The notes beneath the pieces are model-generated. The model ran no database searches, had not been told where the DNA came from, and saw only the letters and a list, made by a program, of their open reading frames with translations. From an uncultured Nitrososphaerota archaeon (lineage in GTDB: Archaea; Thermoproteota; Nitrososphaeria; Conexivisphaerales; DTJL01): DNA of 64,000 nucleotides. Numbering within the stretch: position 1 is the stretch's first letter; the number at the start of each line of letters is the position of its first letter. Both the position numbers and the translations under genes were made by a program. The stretch lies in NCBI GenBank assembly GCA_963842885.1, contig CAWJIE010000002.1:1-64000 (forward strand), in the 5' to 3' direction. Shown piece after piece: positions 40,833-48,905 of the stretch.

Positions 40833-42335
40833 ATGGACGAGTCGCCCGCGGAAGTCAGCAGAGAGATTCCGGTCCAGGAGGGCCTTTCGCCTCAAGCCGT
40901 GCGCGGAATGGCCGAGTTCGTCAAGGCGCACTATCTGGATGCGCGCCGAGGACGGGCCGGCCGCCCGTATCAGGAGGGCTGGTCCGAGGCTGAGAAGGCC
41001 GTGCAGCTGTCTTGGAAGGTATGGTCGCCCCCGAACAGGACGCCAGCCGGCGCGTTGGCCCTTGAGACCTATGCTCGCCTGTCCATAGGGCCGCGCTCCG
41101 TCTCCATCTCGTTCACGGACCTGGACGCCAGGGATGCGGAGGGAGTCAGAACTTGCAGGCGAGTGGCCGACGACGTCGAGGCCCTCGCCACCTCCTTCCT
41201 GACGATCGCCAAGACGACCAGCCTATACTTCATCTTCTCCAGCGGGGCTGTTCAGGCCATACGTGACGTCCCGGGCGCGTCCGACGGGATAAGGAGGGGA
41301 GTCATGAAGAGGATCTTCACCGGGAACATGGTGAACCTCTACCTGATCATCATGGCGGCCAGCTTCGGGCTCTTCTTCCTGCTGGGCGATATGGCGATCT
41401 TCGCCGTCATTGGAATCCAGCTCGTAGCGCTCTTCTTCTCGGACCGGCTGGCCCTCGGGGTCGGAAGGGTCCGTCCTACGGCAGAGAGACCTAAGGTGAC
41501 CGTCGTCAGCGTCCCCGTCTCCCCCGAGACGAAGAAGTGGATCACGAAGCACCCGAAGGGCATCGTGCCGGACACCACGGAGCGGCTCGAAGAGGCGCTC
41601 TCTCTCGACGCTCGGGATGAATCCCAGGCGACGGTCGCGGTTGAGGAGGCGCTCGCGCGCTCGGGATTCAAGTCGCCGCACGGGGAGGTCAAGATAGTCA
41701 CCAGGGACGTCTACGGCCTCGTCAAGGGGGTGGCCGATCGCTTCCGGCTCCCGGTCCCGAAGATCGTCATCATGAACAACATCGCCGCCAACGCGGCCGC
41801 GACGGGCTTCTCCCCACGCCGATCCGCGATAAGCATCACCGCGGGGTCCCTGGAGGACCTGGACGACCCCGAGTTCTCCGCGGTCGTGGGCCACGAAATG
41901 GGCCACATCAAGGGGAGGGATTCGCCCATACTCTTCTGCGTGACCTTCCTCCTCTACGTCGGGGGGTTCTACCTGTGGCTCCCGGTGCTGCTCTACCTGG
42001 GGCTCTTCTACTATCTGGTGGTCTTCGCCATCATCTTTGGCGTGGGGAAGGTCCTGGAGACGAGGGCCGACACGGAATCGGTCGTGAACCTGGGTCAGCC
42101 CGGCGTCTTGGCCGCCGCCCTCACCAACATCGGGTTCCGCCAGCTCTATTTCGAACGCTACTCCCGAGGCCTGAAGCTCCTCGACTGGCTGAGGTTCGAC
42201 CCGCACCCTCCGATCTACTTCAGGGTACAGAGGCTCTCCCGTCTCGCGTCGACAGGAGCCAACATCAGGCACACCTTTATCGTCTCCGTCAGGGATTGCA
42301 CCCTGGGCTTCCTTCGGGCCCTCCTTGGGCGCTAG
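40833..42335 (+). CDS. M48 (HtpX-like) membrane metalloprotease with N-terminal extension
   Basis: NAAATG, VGHEMGH, ETRAD, HPPIYFRV. Confidence 0.85.
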   Translation: MDESPAEVSREIPVQEGLSPQAVRGMAEFVKAHYLDARRGRAGRPYQEGWSEAEKAVQLSWKVWSPPNRTPAGALALETYARLSIGPRSVSISFTDLDARDAEGVRTCRRVADDVEALATSFLTIAKTTSLYFIFSSGAVQAIRDVPGASDGIRRGVMKRIFTGNMVNLYLIIMAASFGLFFLLGDMAIFAVIGIQLVALFFSDRLALGVGRVRPTAERPKVTVVSVPVSPETKKWITKHPKGIVPDTTERLEEALSLDARDESQATVAVEEALARSGFKSPHGEVKIVTRDVYGLVKGVADRFRLPVPKIVIMNNIAANAAATGFSPRRSAISITAGSLEDLDDPEFSAVVGHEMGHIKGRDSPILFCVTFLLYVGGFYLWLPVLLYLGLFYYLVVFAIIFGVGKVLETRADTESVVNLGQPGVLAAALTNIGFRQLYFERYSRGLKLLDWLRFDPHPPIYFRVQRLSRLASTGANIRHTFIVSVRDCTLGFLRALLGR

Positions 42336-42470
42336 GGCGCCGGCTCATCTTCCCTGTGGAGAGGACCCCACCGTGTTACCGTTAGGACGCGGACTTGCAA
42401 GCCATCGCAGCAGCTCCGGACAGCACCCCATGACCCGCCAATAATCTATTCACGCGTCAGCGGGACAACG

Positions 42471-42506
42471 TTTATAATTAGAGCATCTATGTACAATTGT
42501 ACATAG
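42471..42506 (+). promoter_or_regulatory. TATA box + perfect 20-bp palindromic operator
   Basis: TTTATAATTA at 42471; CTATGTACAATTGTACATAG at 42487-42506. Confidence 0.75.
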
Positions 42507-42520
42507 GAGATTAGTTCGCT

Positions 42521-43292
42521 GTGAACAGCACTCGAACCGGGGTCAGGAGGAACAGAAACGCCCTAGTGACAAGGGGCCTCATCGCAGCCGTCGAATCTCT
42601 CGAAAGGCGGGGCGTGGAGCCGACCTTCAGCGAGATCCTGGCCGATCTCAGGTCGAGCGGGATCCTCTCCAACCATAGGTCGTTGAGAACCTACCTTGAT
42701 TCGCTCGTGCTTTCGGGAATCCTGAAAGTGAAAAAGGAGGAAGCGAGGCGGAAGAACGTGAGGCCGAAGGAGATTCTATTCTCTCACCCACGGACGCCCC
42801 CATGTCGAAGCCGGAGACGGCGCTTTGCTCTTCCATGGGCTCAACTGGACCATCCCGGTGAAGTCCTCGATCAAGCTGATGACGGACGAAGAAGGGGTGG
42901 CGAGGGCCCGGCTCGTAGACGGGACACTGTATGCCTCCCTTGAGGACATGGTGGTTGCTAACCTGGCGGCGAAGAGGAGGGCCGCCCTCGAAAGGGCGCT
43001 CCCCCTGTGCGCGGCGCTCCTGGCCACGTGCAGCTTCGACCCAGTCTATCTGGACAGGAGGGCCAAAGAGATGGGCGTCGGAGGGCTGGTGAAGGAGCTG
43101 CTCGATGAAATAGGCTACATCGTGTCCTCCCCCAGACCAGAGGTCGAGGACATCAGGACCCTCTACGCCGTAAGGAGACGGCTCGGGTCCCTTCGCAGGA
43201 ACGTCGCCCTTCATGACCAGGAACCGCGCTGGGACCTGCTGTCGCCTCATGAGTTGGTGGATGTGGCCGGGAAGCAGCTGGGGTTGGAGTGA
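42521..43292 (+). CDS. wHTH-containing putative antitoxin, frameshifted near 42780
   Basis: PTFSEIL...SLRTYLDSL..SGIL; continues in ORF 42825-43292. Confidence 0.6.
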
Positions 43293-43978
43293 AGATGAAG
43301 CCCTCCCGCCCTCCCGCCAGAGTGTGGATAGGCGTCCTGGGCCGCATCCTGCCCGTCCTGTCGAGGGGAGAGGCCAACGACGTGGTGCTCTTCGGCTCTC
43401 AGGCCATGAGCGTCTACACTCCCAGGGCCCTGGCGAGCAAGGACATGGACCTCATCGTCCCGGGTATGACCCTTCGAGTCATGAGGGAGCTCTGCGACGA
43501 ACTCGCCAAGGTGGCGGTGGGGAGGCCCAGCTACGACTACCTTTCATCCGAGTACTCGGGGAGGGAGTATCCCATCTTCCATGTCTACTTCAGGCACGAC
43601 AGCGGGTATCCGATGGTCGTCGAAATCTTCCTGAACTTCCTGGGCTTCGAATCCAAGAGGCTTGCGCCCTTCCTCACCTTCAGGGAAAGGTGGGGGGCGA
43701 GGGTCCAGGTCCCGACGCCGGAGGCAATCATAGGAACGAGGTTGTCCTTCAGGCCCCCCGAGCGGATCACGCCCTTCAACGCGAGGAGGTTGTCACGTTT
43801 CATAACGGGGATGGGCAGGGGGGTCGACTGGGCTAAGGTGAACTCGTTCGTCGACGCCTTCGAGCTCAGGGCCGTAGCCACGGAGAACCTGCGGGCGCTT
43901 GCCTCAAAGCGAATCTTCATCGCCGGGACGTCCCATTTCCTCAAGGGGCAACCGGGAGACGCGCCGAACTCCGCATGA
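43289..43978 (+). CDS. Nucleotidyltransferase (DUF6036/AbiEii-like), putative toxin
   Basis: VLFGSQAM...SKDMDL...VPTPEAII; GTGA overlap with upstream gene. Confidence 0.7.
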   Translation: MKMKPSRPPARVWIGVLGRILPVLSRGEANDVVLFGSQAMSVYTPRALASKDMDLIVPGMTLRVMRELCDELAKVAVGRPSYDYLSSEYSGREYPIFHVYFRHDSGYPMVVEIFLNFLGFESKRLAPFLTFRERWGARVQVPTPEAIIGTRLSFRPPERITPFNARRLSRFITGMGRGVDWAKVNSFVDAFELRAVATENLRALASKRIFIAGTSHFLKGQPGDAPNSA

Positions 43979-44010
43979 CCGTTCGTTGCGGGTAGCCACG
44001 GGCCCGCCAC

Positions 44011-44505
44011 TTGTTGGCCCCATGGATAGCATTATGCATCGATGGGGTTAAATCCGACCTAGATTTCTGCGCTTGTGACATGGCAGCCACGCAGAGCGGG
44101 CTCCTAACCAGCCTGATAGAACTCCTGACGCCGACGGCAGCGCTCCTTACGATCGTCATCGAACTGTGGAACATGACGTCCGTAACCATAAGGCTCTTTT
44201 CGGTCATCGACCTCGTCATACTTGTCTTCGTAGCTCTCATCTGCTTCATGGAGCTGAAGTCTGAAAGGCTTGGAGACCGAGGCCTCAGCCTATCCGCGTT
44301 CTTCCTCCTGTGGCCCTTCCTCGTCCTTCTTGGTCTGGCGGTGGCTGCCCCGGTGATGTCGCTCCTGGGGATCGTCTTCATTCCCTGGAGGACGAATACG
44401 AGGGATTGGTGGGCGGGCATGGGGATCGCCTTGGCCGGGATAGTGGTGACCGGCCTGCTGGCCTGGAGGTTGGTCCTGCTGACCAAGCCGCGTCTTCGAA
44501 CCTGA
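44011..44505 (+). CDS. Hypothetical 4-TM protein; start uncertain
   Basis: Hydrophobic ORF. Confidence 0.55.
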   Translation: MLAPWIALCIDGVKSDLDFCACDMAATQSGLLTSLIELLTPTAALLTIVIELWNMTSVTIRLFSVIDLVILVFVALICFMELKSERLGDRGLSLSAFFLLWPFLVLLGLAVAAPVMSLLGIVFIPWRTNTRDWWAGMGIALAGIVVTGLLAWRLVLLTKPRLRT

Positions 44506-44569
44506 AATAGTGCTCCCACAACCCTGACCATGCTCCTCGATCGCGCTCGTGCTCTCACGTCGGACGCGG

Positions 44570-44649
44570 CGTGGCCAAGGTCGCATCCATCTGCACGAGG
44601 GCGCTGGGCGAAGGTCCGCTGCGGGTCTGAGCCCTCGGGACTACTGTGG
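44570..44649 (+). pseudogene. 3' remnant of a PAP2 phosphatase paralog
   Basis: VAKVASICTRALGEGPLRV* versus VAKVTSIFTRALGEGPLRL* at 52105-52165. Confidence 0.75.
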
Positions 44650-44779
44650 ACCCTCCGAACGATGTAAAGGGGCCACCCTGCGGCGGCGGCGGCCAACCTC
44701 GCCCGATGAGGATCCAGACGTCTTCGCCCCCCTCCCCAAAGCTCTAATAGAGTGAGCCCGCCAACGAGATGGGAAGGCC

Positions 44780-45001
44780 ATGTCGTCTGAATTCGAAAAG
44801 TTGGTGAAGAGGCTGGAGAAGCTGGAGACGAGAGTGCAGCTCGCGGAGGAGAAGCAGTCCGTGGCGGTGGAAGGGGCTCTCGGGGACGAGGAGACGAAGC
44901 TTAAGGCCGGGGAGAAGAAGAGGGTGGACCAGCTGGAGGCCAAGGTGAAAGAGCTGGAAGCGAAGCTAAAGGCCCTAGAAAAGAAGCGTGCGAAGAAGTA
45001 G
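44780..45001 (+). CDS. Small coiled-coil protein
   Basis: Heptad E/K/L pattern. Confidence 0.65.
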   Translation: MSSEFEKLVKRLEKLETRVQLAEEKQSVAVEGALGDEETKLKAGEKKRVDQLEAKVKELEAKLKALEKKRAKK

Positions 45002-45052
45002 GCCTCATCCCTTCCGGCAGGAAGCACGACGGCGGAACCATAACGAGACTAG

Positions 45053-45166
45053 GTTTGCCTAAGGAGCCACTTCAAGACCTAAAATGAATGACTAGTAGTG
45101 TTTGTCTAAGCTACAGCTTGGGCAAACTAGAAATCGGACCAGCCCATTTCTTCGCAGGTCCAAGCC
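45053..45166 (+). repeat. Half-site (45053) + module C (45100-45127) + core D, copy 11 (45152-45166)
   Basis: GTTTGCCTAAG 47 nt before GTTTGTCTAAG-CTACAG-CTTGGGCAAAC. Confidence 0.9.
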
Positions 45167-45211
45167 CACGCCCGCGCTAAACTTGGAACCAGTCACGGCC
45201 ACAAAACAGAT

Positions 45212-45469
45212 TCAAGGTGATTCCTCTTGGTCTTCTTTCTTGTTCAGCTCTTTGAACATCAGAGAATTGTAGTAGGCACCAAGGAGGCCTACAACTAGCC
45301 CACAACCGCCGATCAACAGGTCCAGTGGCAATACGAAGTAATGGGGAGAGAAGAGGTAGTATGTGACCAGGGGATATCCGATTGCGAGCAAGCAAAGCAC
45401 CACTCCGACGATACCCATTATGTTGTTCCGCCTAAAATGACGAACACGAGGATATCTCTCGGCCCCCAC
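45212..45469 (-). CDS. Small 2-TM hypothetical protein
   Basis: Only plausible ORF between D copies 11 and 12. Confidence 0.6.
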   Translation of the reverse strand: MGAERYPRVRHFRRNNIMGIVGVVLCLLAIGYPLVTYYLFSPHYFVLPLDLLIGGCGLVVGLLGAYYNSLMFKELNKKEDQEESP

Positions 45470-45523
45470 TACCGTAAACCCCCGGTGTCAAGAACCATCA
45501 CTATCCTAATGAGGCTTTCCAGT

Positions 45524-45590
45524 TCAATTATCAAATTGTTTTCAATAACATAGATATGAATAAGCCAGCCCGTTTTCGCAGGTCCAAGCC
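45524..45590 (+). repeat. Module A' + core D, copy 12 (45576-45590)
   Basis: TCAATTATCAAATTGTTTTCAATAACATAGATATGAA...TCGCAGGTCCAAGCC. Confidence 0.9.
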
Positions 45591-45755
45591 CCCAAGAATC
45601 CCATCCATAGACCCAGTTGGGTCCTAGTCCTCCCGCGCCCGCCCGCCCAAAGGGGACACCTCCGTTTCTCCGGTTCTCCCCCAAAGAGATCCTTTCCTGA
45701 CGGCAACCGCAAACTTATCGGTTTTGGAATACGCCCCCTTCCCATCTGCTTCCCA

Positions 45756-46451
45756 TCAGGCTTGCCCAAGCGCGTCAACAATAAGATGCCTTTCGGCCCG
45801 CCTGAGTTCAACGTCCAAAGTTGATGGGGCAAGACTGTGGATTCCGGCTAGTTGCTTGATGCTCGTCTTCTTTGGTATATCGAAGTAACCCATGCTGTAA
45901 GCAGTGGAGAGAGCTCTCCGCTGTTTCTCTGTCATCTTGTCCATTGACGACCTTGAGAGCCTCAGGTCTTCGAGTTCCACAATCCTGTAGGGCACTCCAA
46001 CCCGATCAACCATCTTGCAGAAGCGTCTTACTATCTTCGGATTTCCAAGATACGTGATTCTGAACCTCCCATTTCTGATTTCGTATGGTGGGATGAAATA
46101 TCCGCCTATCGCAAGGAAATCCAAGAAACTGGGGGAAGCCTTCTTGAGCTCAGGCTTGAACCTCGTGAAATATGTGAAGAGATTCCCTTTTTCGTGTCGA
46201 AGCATCTCGAAGAATAGTTTGCTGCTCGTCGTTTCGCGAATCAATTCCTCCAATCTGCTTGCCGGTTCGCGGAGTTTCACCCTGAATATGAACGCAACCT
46301 CGTCAGAGAGCTCAAGGAAGTAAAGCACCTCAAACCATTCGACTTTTAGGACTTTTAGGAGGGTCGCCTCGCGGAATTTGTCCAGGTCGTTCTCCGCAAA
46401 TTCGATCGTGAGCCGGCGCATCCATGTATGTAAGAAGGTCGCCCCTTCCAT
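45756..46451 (-). CDS. HTH_10 (Bat-type) transcriptional regulator
   Basis: MTEKQRRALSTAYSMGYFDIPK...LRRAE. Confidence 0.85.
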   Translation of the reverse strand: MEGATFLHTWMRRLTIEFAENDLDKFREATLLKVLKVEWFEVLYFLELSDEVAFIFRVKLREPASRLEELIRETTSSKLFFEMLRHEKGNLFTYFTRFKPELKKASPSFLDFLAIGGYFIPPYEIRNGRFRITYLGNPKIVRRFCKMVDRVGVPYRIVELEDLRLSRSSMDKMTEKQRRALSTAYSMGYFDIPKKTSIKQLAGIHSLAPSTLDVELRRAERHLIVDALGQA

Positions 46452-46528
46452 TTAAGGGTATAAAAGGATGGCGAATCTATTCGCATCAATGTTAAAACGC
46501 TATCATCACGAAATCAGTACGGGTTACG

Positions 46529-48124
46529 ATGTCAAGCAAGTATGATGTGGTTGTTGCCGGCGGCGGACAGCATGGGCTCATTACTGCGTGCTATCTAGCA
46601 AAGGCAGGGCTGAGCGTCTGTGTAGTGGAAAAGCTCGATGCGACGGGCGGAGGGCTCGTGACCAGGGAACTCAATGCGCCGGGATTCAAGCATGACATGG
46701 CCTCGGTTGCTCACATCTACATCCAGGCTAACCCTCTCCTTGTGAACGACGAGCTTGGACTCCTATCCAAGTATGGGCTCAAGTACATTGTCCCTACCGA
46801 ACCGGTGGTAGTAGTCTTCCCGGATGGAAGAGAGATGGTAATCTGGCGAGACGTCGATAAGACCTGTGAGTCTATCGCCCAGTTCAACAAGAAAGATGCT
46901 GAGGCTTACAGGAAGCTCTACGAATGGGCACGTCCAGGTTTGAATATGCTGATTGGTGGCATGTTTGTTCCACCCCCGCCCCTGTCAGGCATGATTTCGT
47001 TGCTCGAAGGGAGCGATTATGGGCGAGAGATGAAAAGAGGGTTGCTACTGAGCGCTTTGGATATCGCTAACGACTGGTTTGAAGGAGACGCAATAAAGAT
47101 CGCGATGCTCAGGCTCATATCTGAGCTATTGATGGCCCCGCAGACAAAGGGGACCGGACTGAACTTTTACCTCATGGTTCCCATGTTGCACGCTTACGGA
47201 TATGGGTTTGCGGAGGGAGGTGCACACGCACTCGCTGAAGCCCTGGAGCGTTGCCTCAAGGCGAATGGCGGAACGATCATGGTTAACAGTCCCATTAGGC
47301 GCTTCAAGATAGATCAGGGGAAGGCCACTGGTGTTGTATTGGAATCTGGCGAGGAGGTCCAAGCCAGCAAGCTCGTAGTCTCCAACCTAAACGTCAAGCA
47401 GATGTTTCTTGAGATGATTCCGACCGAGAATCTGCCTCCTGATGTGCCAGGGAAGGTTCGGCGGATTAAGCAAAGCGACTTCATGCCCTTCCATCAGTTA
47501 CTGGCACTGAACGAAGCGCCCAGGTTCGACACTGGCGGCATGGCCGATAGGGCCTCAGGTGTCTATCACATTTCCTCGTACAAGCTTGCAGATCTTTTGA
47601 GGGGATTCGACGACTATAGCTACGGAATCATGAATTCAGTAATGCCTTTGACCGTGTGTCAAACATTGTTTGATCCCACACGAGCGCCAAAGGGCAAGCA
47701 TACCGTGTATCTCCTTCACTTTGCCCCCGCCAGGCTGGCAGACGGAGGGCTTGAGGGATGGGATAAGATAAAGCAGAAGGCAGCTGATGACATCCTTGGG
47801 ACTGTACGCAGGCACGTCGTGAACCTGGATGACAAGAATATCGTAGGCAGAACAATATTGAGCCCGCTTGACTTCTACAAGTACAATCGTTCATGGTATG
47901 AAGGAGACTTCTGCCACTTTGGCAGCATGCTGGGCCAGCTCTTCGCGGACAGACCCCTCTCTGATTGGCCGCCCTTCAAGACCCCGATAGACAAGCTGTA
48001 CCTCACCGGTCCAAGCGCACCTGGGACTGGCGGCGGCGTAACTGGCGCAGCTGGAAGAGCCGCTGCCATGACCATCCTTCAAGACCTGGGCATTAGTTTC
48101 GACAAGGTAATCGCCGCCAAGTAG
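46529..48124 (+). CDS. FAD-dependent oxidoreductase, phytoene dehydrogenase-like
   Basis: DVVVAGGGQHGL, PGFKHD, DPTRAPKGKH, TPIDKLYL. Confidence 0.88.
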   Translation: MSSKYDVVVAGGGQHGLITACYLAKAGLSVCVVEKLDATGGGLVTRELNAPGFKHDMASVAHIYIQANPLLVNDELGLLSKYGLKYIVPTEPVVVVFPDGREMVIWRDVDKTCESIAQFNKKDAEAYRKLYEWARPGLNMLIGGMFVPPPPLSGMISLLEGSDYGREMKRGLLLSALDIANDWFEGDAIKIAMLRLISELLMAPQTKGTGLNFYLMVPMLHAYGYGFAEGGAHALAEALERCLKANGGTIMVNSPIRRFKIDQGKATGVVLESGEEVQASKLVVSNLNVKQMFLEMIPTENLPPDVPGKVRRIKQSDFMPFHQLLALNEAPRFDTGGMADRASGVYHISSYKLADLLRGFDDYSYGIMNSVMPLTVCQTLFDPTRAPKGKHTVYLLHFAPARLADGGLEGWDKIKQKAADDILGTVRRHVVNLDDKNIVGRTILSPLDFYKYNRSWYEGDFCHFGSMLGQLFADRPLSDWPPFKTPIDKLYLTGPSAPGTGGGVTGAAGRAAAMTILQDLGISFDKVIAAK

Positions 48125-48187
48125 CAAGATGTCACGATCTAGACAGGGGTTGTGACATGACTGCCTCCCCCTAGAAAGGCGACGGAC

Positions 48188-48445
48188 ATGAGCCCTGACA
48201 ATACTGCCGACCCCATGAGAATGACGGACATGCACGGGAACGCCGTGATAGAAATGAGGTCCATCGAACGGTGGGAAGACGCACTCGTGATCCAGGCAAA
48301 AGTGTACGGAACGATGTCGATGACCCTATACATCAAGCCTGAAGAGATGTGGAGAAGCAGAAAACTCCTGTCTTGGTCAGTGGTGCTGTATCTCCCGAGG
48401 ATGATCATCAGGGGCTGGTGGCGCTCCAGAAAGAAATCGAAGTAG
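48188..48445 (+). CDS. Small hypothetical partner of the oxidoreductase
   Basis: Co-oriented 85-aa ORF (LVIQAKVYGTMSM...PEE). Confidence 0.6.
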   Translation: MSPDNTADPMRMTDMHGNAVIEMRSIERWEDALVIQAKVYGTMSMTLYIKPEEMWRSRKLLSWSVVLYLPRMIIRGWWRSRKKSK

Positions 48446-48788
48446 CGGGGCACCGAGATGGTATTGGCTTCTCAATTCCGGCTTCACGACCTTATCCGCA
48501 AGCATGTTCGCACCAAGCGCGTCTTCACGTACCTTCCCTCAGGTAGCACAGGCAAGGTGATAGAGGTCTACGGCAGACGAGGCATGCCTCTAGGCATCAG
48601 TGTGAGTAGGACGGTGTCGCCAAGCTTCGTTCTCTTGGGCTTCGGAGGGGTCTATTGTCAAGGCCACATAGGGGTGACTGAACCATTCTTCAACTCTACC
48701 ACCTACTCCTATCTATTCACTTGGAACTCCTCTGACCTTTCTCAGTTTTGCCACGGACTCTACTATCATTGAGAGAGTCAGCCCATCT

Positions 48789-48803
48789 TCGCAGGTCCAA
48801 GCC
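48789..48803 (+). repeat. Core D, copy 13
   Basis: GAGTCAGCCCATCTTCGCAGGTCCAAGCCCACG. Confidence 0.95.
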
Positions 48804-48905
48804 CACGTTCTCGACCAGGACACCTTTGTGAATGGTTCACGTTGGCGACTATAGTCTTTGCCTTCCGGCTAGTATTAATAGATGCCCCATTAGCGTTTGG
48901 GGTGT

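Noticed and set aside
38695-42272. Long antisense ORFs (38695-39852, 41223-42272 and similar)
   Set aside because: Shadow frames of high-GC genes such as the thermosome and M48 protease.
48458-48772. 104-aa ORF before D copy 13
   Set aside because: No recognisable motif or clear start signals; may be a gene fragment.
15563-48803. Core D as a CRISPR array
   Set aside because: Intervals are 0.4-11 kb and contain genes; no regular 30-45 bp spacers and no cas genes.
15563-48803. Core D as canonical integron attC
   Set aside because: No RYYYAAC...GTTRRRY ends or long imperfect palindrome around D; genes occur in both orientations; no intI in the window.
15563-48803. Core D as a tRNA T-arm fragment (TCGCAGGTTCRA-like attachment site)
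   Set aside because: The loop reads TCCAAGC, the 3' stem complement CCTGC and acceptor end are missing, and no parent tRNA is in the archaeal segment. Kept only as a possible evolutionary origin.
15563-48803. Core D as a transcription-factor operator or coding motif (WTCENG on the minus strand)
   Set aside because: It occurs 5' and 3' of genes with fixed strand, and the adjacent T-run varies by non-multiples of three.
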